This document shows, piece after piece, positions 46,081 to 55,764 of a stretch of DNA of 64,000 nt; within the stretch, counting starts at the first letter, position 1, and every line of letters starts with the position of its first letter. Position numbers and translations under genes: made by a program. The stretch is from NCBI GenBank assembly GCA_965200215.1, contig OZ241369.1, forward strand, positions 1,027,787 through 1,091,786, in the 5' to 3' direction. The notes below the pieces were generated by a model. That model was not told where the DNA came from, made no database searches, and saw only the letters and a program-made list of their open reading frames with translations. Source of the stretch: Alphaproteobacteria bacterium (GTDB taxonomy: Bacteria; Pseudomonadota; Alphaproteobacteria; SP197).

Positions 46081-46926
46081 ATGGCCGCACAGGCTCCGGC
46101 AAACGGCGGCACCCTCGCCGAACGCTTCCAGCGCGACGGTTACGTCTTTCCGCTCCAGGTCATGCCGGCGGCGGAGGCGCTCGCCTGGCGCGCCCATTTC
46201 GAGACGCTGAGCGAGCGCATCGCCGCCCGCAGGCTGGGCAACAAGGGCCAGATCAACCTGGCGCACGTCGTCTTCCCCTTCGTCGCCGGGATCGCGCGCC
46301 TGCCGACCGTCCTCGATGCCGTCGAAGCCGTCCTGGGGCCCGACATCCTGCTCTGGGACTCGACCTTCTTCACCAAGGAAGCGGGCACGGCGTCCTATGT
46401 CAGCTGGCACCAGGACCTGCGCTATTGGGGGCTTTCCGGCGACGCCGAGGTCGCCGTCTGGGTGGCGCTGGGGCCGGCGCGCGAAGAGCATGGCTGCATG
46501 CGCTTCCTCCCCGGCTCCCACAAGCAGGGGCTGCTGGCCCATCGCGACACCTTCGAGGCCGACAACTTCCTTACCCGCGGCCAGGAGGCGGAAGCCGCCA
46601 TCGACGAAGCGAGCGCGGTGGCGGTGGAGCTGGAGCCGGGCCAGGCTTCGCTGCATCACGGGCATCTGCTGCACGCCTCGAGCCCCAACCGCTCGCGGGT
46701 CCGGCGCGTCGGCCTGGTCATCAACTACATCGCACCTTCCATGCGCCAGACGGTGGCGGCCGAAAGCTTCGCCGTGCCGGTGAGGGGCGAGGACCGCCGC
46801 GGGCATTTCCAGCGCGTGCCGCTGCCCGAAGACGACATGAGCGAGGCCGCCATGGCCTGGCACCGGCGCATCCTGGCGGCCCGCAACGAGGCGCTCTACG
46901 CGGGCGCCGGCGTCCGGGAAACCTGA
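46081..46926 (+). CDS. phytanoyl-CoA dioxygenase (PhyH) family protein
   Basis: ATG 46081 within ORF 45997..46926. 2OG-Fe(II) oxygenase motifs WHQD...H. Confidence 0.75.
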   Translation: MAAQAPANGGTLAERFQRDGYVFPLQVMPAAEALAWRAHFETLSERIAARRLGNKGQINLAHVVFPFVAGIARLPTVLDAVEAVLGPDILLWDSTFFTKEAGTASYVSWHQDLRYWGLSGDAEVAVWVALGPAREEHGCMRFLPGSHKQGLLAHRDTFEADNFLTRGQEAEAAIDEASAVAVELEPGQASLHHGHLLHASSPNRSRVRRVGLVINYIAPSMRQTVAAESFAVPVRGEDRRGHFQRVPLPEDDMSEAAMAWHRRILAARNEALYAGAGVRET

Positions 46927-46969
46927 AGGGCGGCGGGCCCCCGCCGGCGGGAGCGCCGCCGCCCGGCGA

Positions 46970-48565
46970 TCAGGCCTGGTCGTCGCTCCAGCGGAAGTGC
47001 TGGACCTGCCAGATATAGCCGTTGGGGGTGATCACCGGCTCCAGCCCCTGGCGATAGATGACGCCGTTGGGCGGGAACACCAGCCAGACATAGGCGCCGG
47101 TGTCCTCCATGATCTCCTGCATGCGGATATAGATGGCGTGGCGCTTGTCCGGGTCGGTCTCGCCCAGGCCGGCCGCGAACAGCTGGTCGAATTCGGGGTC
47201 GGACCAGCGCTCCCAATTCCACACGCCCACCTGGTCGGAGACGTACCACTGGGTCATCTGGCTGGGATCGGGCGAGTCGAGATAGGAGATGATCCACAAC
47301 TCCAGATCCTTCCAGTCGTCGCCCTCCGATTCCAGGCCCAGGTTCCAGAACGGGCCGGCATCCATCGGCACCACCTCCACCTCGATGCCGACATCGGCGA
47401 GATTGGCCTGGACGATGGTCGCCGCCGCCATGCGGTCGGCCTGGTTCTCGGTCTTCAGGGTGAGCTTCAGGCCCTCCGCGCCCGCCTCGGCGAGCAGGGC
47501 GCGGGCGGCATCCGGGTCCGGGCGGGCGTATTTGCCTTCGGTGCGATGGCCGATCAGCCCCGGCGGCACGATGCCGTGGGCGCGGGTGCCGACGCCGGCG
47601 AAGGCGCCGGCGATCACCGTCTCGACATCGACGGCATGCTGGATGGCCCTGCGCACCCGGATGTCCTGCAGATTGGGATGATCGACGTTCATGCCCATCC
47701 AGAACCACTGGGTGCCGGCATATTCCTTCACGATGCCCCCTTCCGGCGGGCTGGCCAGCAGGCGCGGGATCGATTCGGTGGAGATGTGGGTGATGTCGAC
47801 CTCGCCGGCCTCGAAGGCGATCTCGGCCGTCTTGTGGTCGTCGATGACGATGAACTTCACGTCGGCGATGCCGGGCGGCGTGCCCGGCCACCGGGGGTTG
47901 GGTTCCAGCGTATAGCTCTGCTTCTGCACCCACTCCCTGACGCGGTAATAGCCGCAGTAGAAGTCGAAGATGCCGTCGAATTTGCCGCCGGCCGCCTCCA
48001 CCGCCTTCTTCGAAAGAATGGTGCCGGTGCCGTCGCAGAGCCAGGTGAGCCAGACCGGCGCGAAGGGCTGGTTCAGGCGGATGACGCCGGAATGGCTGCC
48101 GGTGACGTCGACGCGATCGAGCGCCACGGCCTTGTCCTTCCACTCGGAGACCTTCATGCGCTCCAGCGAATACTTCACGTCTTCGGCGTCGAGCTCGCCG
48201 ATGGCCTCGCCGCTGCTGGAGCCATACCACATGATCCCCTTCTTCAGCTCGAAGGAGATGGTCTGCGCGTCCGTCTGCTCCAGCGACTCCACGAACTCGC
48301 TGGGCTCCCAGTCCCAGGAATCGGAGCTGTTGGTGTATTTCGCCAGCCTGGCCAGGCAGGCATATTGCAGCACCATCTCGAAGCCGCCGATCATGTAGCC
48401 CGGATCGGTGGAGATGATGGAGCGGTTGGCGCGCACCCGCAGCGGCTTGCCGGATTGCGCCCAGGCGCTCGACGCATCCAGCAGGCCGTCGACGAAGCCG
48501 GCAGCGGCGGCCGCCGCGGCGGAAGCCTGTAACACGGTCCGCCTGGTCAATTTCGCATGTGTCAT
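46970..48565 (-). CDS. ABC transporter substrate-binding protein, family 5 (peptide/nickel type), Tat signal
   Basis: ORF track. Confidence 0.8.
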   Translation of the reverse strand: MTHAKLTRRTVLQASAAAAAAAGFVDGLLDASSAWAQSGKPLRVRANRSIISTDPGYMIGGFEMVLQYACLARLAKYTNSSDSWDWEPSEFVESLEQTDAQTISFELKKGIMWYGSSSGEAIGELDAEDVKYSLERMKVSEWKDKAVALDRVDVTGSHSGVIRLNQPFAPVWLTWLCDGTGTILSKKAVEAAGGKFDGIFDFYCGYYRVREWVQKQSYTLEPNPRWPGTPPGIADVKFIVIDDHKTAEIAFEAGEVDITHISTESIPRLLASPPEGGIVKEYAGTQWFWMGMNVDHPNLQDIRVRRAIQHAVDVETVIAGAFAGVGTRAHGIVPPGLIGHRTEGKYARPDPDAARALLAEAGAEGLKLTLKTENQADRMAAATIVQANLADVGIEVEVVPMDAGPFWNLGLESEGDDWKDLELWIISYLDSPDPSQMTQWYVSDQVGVWNWERWSDPEFDQLFAAGLGETDPDKRHAIYIRMQEIMEDTGAYVWLVFPPNGVIYRQGLEPVITPNGYIWQVQHFRWSDDQA

Positions 48566-48578
48566 GGCGATGTCCCCC

Positions 48579-50114
48579 TCATCGTTCCCTGTCGCCGTCT
48601 CGTGCGACGGCCGTCATTATCGCCGCCGGGCGCGGGCGGGTCAACCGCCGCAGCACGCGGCCCGGGCGGGCGCCGGTGGGGCCGCCGCGCGGCGCGCAAG
48701 GCGCCGTCCTGGCGCCGGTCCACACCTCGACGCCGTTCACCAGCACCCGCTCGATGCCGGTGGCGGGGCGCTCCGGACAGGCGAAGGTGGCGGCATCGGC
48801 GACGGTGGCGGGGTCGAAGACCACCAGATCGGCGGCCTGGCCCGGCGCCACCAGGCCCCGGCCGCCCTCTCCGGCCAGGCCGAAGGTCGCGGCCGGGGCC
48901 GCCGTCATGCGATGGATGGCGGCTTCCATCGTCATCAGGCCCAGCTCGCGGACATAGCGGCCCAGCACGCGCGCAAAGGTGCCCCACAGGCGCGGGTGGG
49001 GATGGCGGCAGAGCGGGATGCCGTCGGAACCGATCAGGATGGCGGGATGCGCCATCAGCCGCTCCACGTTCTCCTCCGGGCGCCCGAAATAGATGGCCCC
49101 GCCCGGGGCCAGCCTCGCGGCCGCCGCCAGCCGGTCGATCCCCCATTCGGCGGCGACGTCGTCGAGAAAGCGCCCGCCGGCCTGCGGATGGGGCTTCGAC
49201 CAGGCGATCAGCACCCGGGCCCGGCGCTCGATGAACTGCGGCAGGATCGCGGTGCTGGACGCCGCATAGGGATAGGCGTCGGCGGCGATCTCCAGGCCGG
49301 CGGCCCGCGCCGCCTCCAGCCAGGCCAGCGCCTCGCCGCAGAGCGCCGGGCGGGAGGCCTCGTGGCAGTGGAAATGGGAGATCACCACCGCCAGGCCCGC
49401 CTCGCGCCCGATGCGGCAGGCCTCGTCGAAGGCGCTGCGGGCGCCAGCGCCATAGCTCCTCATATGGGTGGCATAGATGCCCCCAGCAGCGGCCGCGGCC
49501 GCCGCCAACTCCACCACCTCGCCGGTCTCGGCCCGGGCGCCCTGGGGATATTCCAGGCCGGTGGAAAGCCCGATGGCGCCGGCCGCCATCGCCTCCGCCA
49601 CGGCCGCCCGCATGGCCTGCCTCTCCCGCGCCGTCGCCGGGCGGTCGACATCGCCCATGGCGGCGAGCCGCAAGGTGCCGTGGCCCACCAGCAGCGCGGC
49701 GTTGCAGGCGGGCGGGGCGCGCTCCAGCTCGGCGACATAGGCGGCGAAGGTGGCATAGCGGAAATCCCCTTCCTCCCCCACCAGGTCCAGGGGCGGCGGC
49801 GGGCGTTCCCGCGCCACCAGAGGGGCGAGGCTGATGCCGCAATTGCCGGCCACCACGGTGGTCACCCCCTGGCTGGCCTTGGGCGCCATGTCGCCGCCGT
49901 CGCGCAGCAGGCGGTCGTCGTGGGTGTGGGCGTCGATGAACCCCGGACAGACGATGCGCCCGCCGGCCTCGATCTCCCGTTCGGCGCGCGCCCCCGCCAG
50001 CCGGCCCACGGCCGCGATGCGGTCGTCGTCGATCGCCACATCGGCCCGGAAGCGCGGGCGCCCGCTGCCGTCGATCACCTCGCCACCGCGGATGACGATG
50101 CCGTGTTCCGCCAT
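48579..50114 (-). CDS. N-acyl-D-amino-acid deacylase (D-aminoacylase) family amidohydrolase
   Basis: ORF track. Metal-binding motifs PGFIDAHTHDD and HxH. Confidence 0.75.
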   Translation of the reverse strand: MAEHGIVIRGGEVIDGSGRPRFRADVAIDDDRIAAVGRLAGARAEREIEAGGRIVCPGFIDAHTHDDRLLRDGGDMAPKASQGVTTVVAGNCGISLAPLVARERPPPPLDLVGEEGDFRYATFAAYVAELERAPPACNAALLVGHGTLRLAAMGDVDRPATARERQAMRAAVAEAMAAGAIGLSTGLEYPQGARAETGEVVELAAAAAAAGGIYATHMRSYGAGARSAFDEACRIGREAGLAVVISHFHCHEASRPALCGEALAWLEAARAAGLEIAADAYPYAASSTAILPQFIERRARVLIAWSKPHPQAGGRFLDDVAAEWGIDRLAAAARLAPGGAIYFGRPEENVERLMAHPAILIGSDGIPLCRHPHPRLWGTFARVLGRYVRELGLMTMEAAIHRMTAAPAATFGLAGEGGRGLVAPGQAADLVVFDPATVADAATFACPERPATGIERVLVNGVEVWTGARTAPCAPRGGPTGARPGRVLRRLTRPRPAAIMTAVARDGDRER

Positions 50115-50255
50115 GCCCGCCGCCCTTCCCGGCTGCCGGCGGCAGGGTAGGGCAGTCCCGTGCCCGCTGTCACCGCGCCCTGCCCCGCGCTATGGTTCGC
50201 GCCGCCCGCCGCTGCGCGGAACGACGGCGCTGCGCGGGCCGCCCGAGGAGGCGCC

Positions 50256-52658
50256 ATGTCGCAGCAGGGCCCCGGCGCGCGGGTCGCCAGAAGGGAAGAC
50301 CGGCGCTTCGTCACCGGCAAGGGCCGCTATGTCGGCGACCTGGTGGCCGCCGATGCCCTGCGCGCCGTCTTCCTGCGCTCGCCCCACGCCCATGCCGGCC
50401 TGGGCGGCGTGGACGGGCGGGCGGCGGAACGGCTGCCGGGCGTGGTGGCCGTGCTGACCGGCCGCGACATGGCGGCGGACGGCCTCGCCCCCATGCCGCT
50501 GCAATGGGAGATCCCGAACGCCGACGGCAGCCCGCTCTTCAAGCCGCCCATGCCGGCCCTGGCGGCGGACGCGCTGCGCTTCGTCGGCCAGCCCTACGCC
50601 ATGGTGATCGCCGAAAGCGAGGCCCGCGCCCGCGACGGCGCCGAGCTGGTGGAGGCCGAATTCGAGGAACGCCCGGCGGCGGCGACGCTGGCCGACGCGA
50701 TGCGCCCCGGCGCCCCGGCGGTCTGGCCCCGCGGCCCCGGCACACCGCCGCAGGCCGCCAACCTCTGCCTGCACTGGACCCTCGGCGACCGCGAGGCCTG
50801 CGAGGCCGCCTTCGCCGGCGCCCGCCACGTCGTGGAGCTGGAGCTGGTCAATCAGCGGCTGGCCGCCATGCCCATCGAGCCGCGCCTGGCGGCCGCCCGC
50901 TACGACGAGGGCGCCGACCGCCTGCTGCTGCTGACCGCCAATCAATGCCCCCACGAGCTGCAACGACTGCTGTGCCAGGTGTTCGGTCTGCCGGAGACCC
51001 GGCTCGAGGTGGTGGCGCCCGACATCGGCGGCGGCTTCGGCATGAAGGCCTATGCCTATCCCGAGGAGGTGGCGCTGCTGTGGGCGGCGCGGCGCCTGGG
51101 CGGCCAGATCGCCTGGACGGGCGACCGCTCCGAGGGCTTCCTGGCCGACAGCGGCGGGCGCGACCAGGCCGCCGGCGTTCGCCTGGCGCTGGACGGCGAC
51201 GGCTGCTTCCTGGCGCTGGCGGTGGAGATCGCGGCCAATATGGGCGCCTATCTCAGCCAGCACGCGCCGGCGGTGCCGACCGTCTATTGCACCTATTCGC
51301 TGCCCGGCCCCTATCGCTTCGGCGCCGTCTTCGCCGAGGTGCGCTGCTTCTTCTCCCATTCGGCGCCCATCGACGCCTATCGCGGCGCCGGGCGCTCGGA
51401 GGCGGTCTTCGTCACCGAACGGGCGATCGACGAAGCCGCCCGCCGGCTCGGCATCGACGCCGCCACCCTGCGGCGGCGCAATCTGGTCGCCGCCGCCGAC
51501 CTGCCCTACACCACCGCCACCGGCAGCGTGCTGGAGAGCGGCGACGCGCCGGGCCTGCTGCAACGGGCGCTGCGGCGCGCCGATGCGGCGGGCTTCGCGG
51601 CCAGGCGCCGCCGGGCGCGAGGCGAAGGCCAGCTGCGCGGGCTGGGCATCGCCATGTATGCGGCCGCCTGCGGCGGCTGCGCATCGGGCAGCGCCATGGC
51701 GGCCGGGGCCACCGGCGGCAGCTGGGAGAGCGCCCGGCTGCAGGTGCACCCCTCCGGGGCGGCGACGCTGTTCATCGGCAGCCACAACCACGGCCAGGGC
51801 CACGAGACGGTCTTCGCCCAGGTGGTCGCCGGGCGGACCGGCATCGCCCTCGAGCGCATCGAGGTGGCGTTCGGCGACACCAGGCGCGGGCCGCGCGGCA
51901 TGGGCAGCTTCGCCTCGCGCTCGGCCGCCATCTGCGGCCCGGCCGTAGCGCTGGCCTGCCAGCGGGTGGTGGCGCGGGCCAGGCGCATCGCCGCCCATCT
52001 GCTGGACGCGGAGGAAGGCGAGGTGGAGTTCCGCGACGGCATCTTCACGGTCGCCGGCAGCAACCGCCACGCCGCCTTCGACCAGGTGGCGCTGGCCGCC
52101 CACACCGCCGGCGGCTTCGGCAGGCAGGGCCGCGAGCCGGGCCTCGACGAGACCGGCTTCTACGATCCGCAGGACTTCACCTGGCCCTTCGGCGCCCACA
52201 TCGCCGAAGTGGAGATCGACCCGGAGACGGGCGCCGCGCGGCTGCTGCGCTATGTGGCGGTGGACGATTTCGGCGCCGAGATCAACCCCATGATCGTCGA
52301 CGGCCAGCTCCACGGCGGCATCGCGCAGGGCGCCGGCCAGGCGCTGATGGAAGCCGTCCGCTACGATCCGGCCTCGGGCCAGCTTCTGACCGGCAGCTTC
52401 ATGGACTACGCCATGCCGCGCGCGGCCGCCCTGTGCGCCTTCGAGACCGAGCGCCTCGCCAGCCCCTGTTCCACCAATCCGCTGGGCGCCAAAGGGGCGG
52501 GCGAGGCCGGCACCTTCGCCGCCCCGGCCGCCATCGCCAACGCCTGCGCCGACGCCCTGGCCCAGGCCGGCGGCGGCCGTTTCGACATGCCCGCCTCGCC
52601 GCTCGCCCTGTGGCAGGCGCTGCGGCGGGCGGCGCGCCCGCCCGCTCAGGGGCGCTGA
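50256..52658 (+). CDS. xanthine dehydrogenase family molybdopterin-binding subunit (CoxL/form-II-like large subunit), orphan (no adjacent M/S subunits in window)
   Basis: ATG 50256 (GAGGAGG RBS). Conserved GGGFG and molybdopterin-binding blocks. Confidence 0.8.
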   Translation: MSQQGPGARVARREDRRFVTGKGRYVGDLVAADALRAVFLRSPHAHAGLGGVDGRAAERLPGVVAVLTGRDMAADGLAPMPLQWEIPNADGSPLFKPPMPALAADALRFVGQPYAMVIAESEARARDGAELVEAEFEERPAAATLADAMRPGAPAVWPRGPGTPPQAANLCLHWTLGDREACEAAFAGARHVVELELVNQRLAAMPIEPRLAAARYDEGADRLLLLTANQCPHELQRLLCQVFGLPETRLEVVAPDIGGGFGMKAYAYPEEVALLWAARRLGGQIAWTGDRSEGFLADSGGRDQAAGVRLALDGDGCFLALAVEIAANMGAYLSQHAPAVPTVYCTYSLPGPYRFGAVFAEVRCFFSHSAPIDAYRGAGRSEAVFVTERAIDEAARRLGIDAATLRRRNLVAAADLPYTTATGSVLESGDAPGLLQRALRRADAAGFAARRRRARGEGQLRGLGIAMYAAACGGCASGSAMAAGATGGSWESARLQVHPSGAATLFIGSHNHGQGHETVFAQVVAGRTGIALERIEVAFGDTRRGPRGMGSFASRSAAICGPAVALACQRVVARARRIAAHLLDAEEGEVEFRDGIFTVAGSNRHAAFDQVALAAHTAGGFGRQGREPGLDETGFYDPQDFTWPFGAHIAEVEIDPETGAARLLRYVAVDDFGAEINPMIVDGQLHGGIAQGAGQALMEAVRYDPASGQLLTGSFMDYAMPRAAALCAFETERLASPCSTNPLGAKGAGEAGTFAAPAAIANACADALAQAGGGRFDMPASPLALWQALRRAARPPAQGR

Positions 52659-53146
52659 GCGAGCAGGCGGCGAAGGCAGGCGGCGCGCCAGGCGGCATCG
52701 TCGCCGTGGATTTCCACATGGCCCACGCGCCCGTCGTGGAGGAAGGCGAACAAGGCGCAGCGCGCGCCGTCATAGCGCCACATGGCGGCGCCGGACTGCT
52801 CCCAGGCGAAGTCGGGCCGGCCCATCAGCGCCCGCAGCGCCGCCGCGTCGAGGCCCATGAGGTCCGGCGGCGCCTGCTCGTCCGGCGGCGCTTCCCGCTC
52901 CCCGGCATCGGGCGCCAGAGCGGCCATGGCGGCATCCTCCGGCCGGCCCCCGGCGGCGGCCGCCGCCGGCGGGCGCCTCGTGCCGCCGTCCGTGGCCGCG
53001 CCGGCCGGCGCCGCGCCCTGCTCTACGATCGCCGCCGGCGGCGGGGCGTCTTCGGCGGCGCAGGCCGCCAGCGCCAGGGCGCAGGCCAGCAGGGCCGCGC
53101 CCCTGGCCGCCCGCTCAGCCCTGCCGCTGGCTGCCATGGCAGACAT
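52646..53146 (-). CDS. putative lipoprotein (signal/lipobox LLACALALAAC)
   Basis: ORF track. Ala/Pro-rich; could be partly an artefact. Confidence 0.35.
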   Translation of the reverse strand: MSAMAASGRAERAARGAALLACALALAACAAEDAPPPAAIVEQGAAPAGAATDGGTRRPPAAAAAGGRPEDAAMAALAPDAGEREAPPDEQAPPDLMGLDAAALRALMGRPDFAWEQSGAAMWRYDGARCALFAFLHDGRVGHVEIHGDDAAWRAACLRRLLAQRP

Positions 53147-53846
53147 GGGTCATGAAGACGGCGGCGGCCACCGGCCCCAGCAGGTTGAGGACCGGCAGCG
53201 TCATGGCGAAGGCGATCGCCGCCCCGGCGAGCCACAGGCGCCCGCGCCGCGCGCGCCGCCAGGCGGCCGCCTCGGCCGGCGGCAGGCGGCGCCCGATCAC
53301 GGCATCGGCATATTCGCGCCCGAACAGATAGCCGTTCACCAGATAGAAGGCCGCGACGGCGACCGGGGGCAGCGCCAGCCCCACCAGATAGAACGGCAGC
53401 GCGGCGGCGTTGAGCGCCAGCAGCAGGACGAAAAAGCGCAGCGCCGCCACCGCCTCCCGCAGCGGACCGCCGCCCCGCCCCGGCCCCAGCTGCGGATAGT
53501 GGCGCCGCTCCACGCAGGCGACGACGGCATCAAGATGGAAGGAGGCCACGGCCTGCGCCACGGCCGCGAAGGCGAGCCAGGCCAGGGCCACGAAGACGGC
53601 GGCCGCGAGCACCAGGGCCAGCGCATCGGCCAGCCAGGCGGGCGCCCAGGCCAGCCGGGCCGCCGCCCAGGCGCCGGGGGCGGCAAAGCCGGCGAACAGC
53701 GCCACGGCGGCGAGCGCGAAGAGGCCACCGCTCCAGCCCGCGACCGCCAGCAGCACGGGCCGCAGCTGCGGATCCAGCAGGTCGCGCGGCGTCCTGATCA
53801 GCGCGTCGAGCACGCTTCCCCGCCGCCGGCCCGCCTCAGCGGCCAT
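53115..53846 (-). CDS. CysZ/EI24-like inner membrane protein
   Basis: Internal ATG (53844-53846) of ORF 53115..54089; multiple TM helices. Confidence 0.55.
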   Translation of the reverse strand: MAAEAGRRRGSVLDALIRTPRDLLDPQLRPVLLAVAGWSGGLFALAAVALFAGFAAPGAWAAARLAWAPAWLADALALVLAAAVFVALAWLAFAAVAQAVASFHLDAVVACVERRHYPQLGPGRGGGPLREAVAALRFFVLLLALNAAALPFYLVGLALPPVAVAAFYLVNGYLFGREYADAVIGRRLPPAEAAAWRRARRGRLWLAGAAIAFAMTLPVLNLLGPVAAAVFMTHVCHGSQRQG

Positions 53847-55311
53847 GCGGAACCGGTTCCGGGCCGGGGGCGCGGCCGGGCGCGCCCCTGGGCTCGATGG
53901 GCAGCCTGTCGGCGATGGCGAACAGCCTTTCGGCGCAGGCCGCCCAGGCCAGCAGCTCGCCGTCGCCATGGGAGGGCGCGACCAGCTGCAGGCCCACCGG
54001 CAGCCCGGAGGCGGTGAAGCCGCAGGGAATCGAGATCGCCGGGCAGGAGGTGAGCGTGACCAGGGCGGTGACGAGCATCCAGTCCACATAGTTGCCGAAG
54101 CGGTGGCCGGCGAGCTCCTTCGGATAGCGCTCGTGCATGGGGAAGGCGGGCAGGACGGTCGCCGGCAGGGCCAGCAGGTCGCATTCGGCGAAGAAGGCGC
54201 ACAGCCTGCGATAGAGCGCCGCCCGCCGGCGCCGGGCGCGCAGCACGTCGGCCACCGACAGCCGCAACCCCCGCTCGATGTTCCACACGCATTCGGGCTT
54301 CAGCAGGTCGCGATGGCGGCGCAGATCGTCCTCGTGGCTCTCGGCGAAGCCCAGCGCGCGCAGGGTGTGGAAGGCCTCCACGCCGTCGGAGAGATCCAGC
54401 CCCGCCTCGCGCAGCTCGCCGCCCTCGCCGGCCAGGCGGCGGCAGGCGTCGCGGCAGATGCGGTCCGTCTCCGCGTCCACCGGCGGCACCCCGAGATGGG
54501 AGGAATAGCCGATCGTAAGCGGCGGCGGGCCGTCTTCGAGGGCGCGCAGCACGCGGTCGAGGCAGGGGCGCGCGGGGCGCGAGAGGGGATCGCGGCGGTC
54601 GCTGCCGGCCATGGCGTCCAGCATCAGGGCCGCGTCCGGCACGTTGCGCGCCATCGGCCCCCTGACCGAAAGGTCGTCGAAGCAGGTGTCGTCCGGCCCC
54701 CTGGCGACCGCGCCGGGGCTGGGGCGCAGGCCCACCACGGCGCAGAAGCTGGCCGGGATGCGCAGGCTGCCGCCGAGATCGGAGCCGGTCGCCAGCGGCA
54801 CCTGGCCGGCCGCCAGCGCCGCCGCCGACCCGCCCGAGGAACCGCCGGGGCTCCTCTGCCGGTCCCATGGATTGGCGCTGGCGCCCAGCACCTCGTTGAA
54901 GCTGTGGCCGCCGGCCCCGAACTCGGGCGTGTTCGATTTGCCCATGACGATGGCGCCTCGCGCCTCCAGCCGCTCCACCGCGATGTCGGAGCGTTGCGGC
55001 ACGTGGTCGGCCCAGATGGGCGAGCCGTAGGTGGTGCGCACGCCGGCTACGTCCTCCAGGTCCTTCACCGCCAGCGGCAGGCCGTGGAGCGCCCCCGGCC
55101 CCCGGTAGCGGCGGTCGGGGGCGGCCATCAGGCGGCGCGCATGGGCGCGGGCGCGCTCGAAGCAGCGCGTCGGCATGGCGTTGAGGCCGCCGTCGGTCGC
55201 CTCGATTCGCGCCGCCGAGGCCTCGACCATCTCCAGCGGCGAGACCTCGCCCCTGCGCAACAGATCGACCGCCTGGCGCGCCGTAAGCCGCCACAGTTCC
55301 GTCATCGCCAC
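53836..55311 (-). CDS. amidase (amidase signature family)
   Basis: ORF track. Signature GGSSGGSAAALAAG and catalytic Ser/Lys blocks. Confidence 0.85.
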   Translation of the reverse strand: MAMTELWRLTARQAVDLLRRGEVSPLEMVEASAARIEATDGGLNAMPTRCFERARAHARRLMAAPDRRYRGPGALHGLPLAVKDLEDVAGVRTTYGSPIWADHVPQRSDIAVERLEARGAIVMGKSNTPEFGAGGHSFNEVLGASANPWDRQRSPGGSSGGSAAALAAGQVPLATGSDLGGSLRIPASFCAVVGLRPSPGAVARGPDDTCFDDLSVRGPMARNVPDAALMLDAMAGSDRRDPLSRPARPCLDRVLRALEDGPPPLTIGYSSHLGVPPVDAETDRICRDACRRLAGEGGELREAGLDLSDGVEAFHTLRALGFAESHEDDLRRHRDLLKPECVWNIERGLRLSVADVLRARRRRAALYRRLCAFFAECDLLALPATVLPAFPMHERYPKELAGHRFGNYVDWMLVTALVTLTSCPAISIPCGFTASGLPVGLQLVAPSHGDGELLAWAACAERLFAIADRLPIEPRGAPGRAPGPEPVPHGR

Positions 55312-55439
55312 CGCCCGTCGCCCCCGGCAGTATGGCGCCGCCGCCGGACGGACGGCAAGGCGGGCGCGGCATGGGAAAGCCCGGCGGGCGGCGCCGGTCG
55401 AGGATGTGGCAGTGCCTGGCGACGAGGGGCGGTGCGTCG

Positions 55440-55640
55440 ACCTTCGGCCCGTTTGCCGGCGGGACGCCGGCGCTTTGACTAGTGGCCAGTGGTTAGTGGC
55501 TAGTGGTCAGTGAGAGCGGGAAACAGGGGGTGGTGCCTGGCGGCGGGCGTGTGGTGCGTTGGCGGGCCTGCGGCCCGCCGGGGGCGTGTGGCTGGCGATG
55601 GTGCCCGGGGGTGGCGGCGAACGGCACCTGCCCATCCTCG
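55440..55640. repeat. composite GC-rich repeat element
   Basis: Motifs. Confidence 0.7.
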
Positions 55641-55764
55641 AACCGAGACACCGCCCGCTCCTGCGGCGGCTTGCCGGGCGGGCGGGGCCTGCCTATGCTT
55701 GCGGGCGCGGAGGCCGCGGTGCGGCAGCCGCCGTCTTCCCATGCCATCAGCTCCCAACCGGCCC

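Noticed and set aside
45557-46112. Short ORFs 45557..45742(+), 45649..45888(+), 45631..45828(-), 45777..46112(-) inside the 146-bp tandem repeat
   Set aside because: They are repeated copies of the duplicated 5' end and upstream region of the ATPase gene and its complement; not independent genes.
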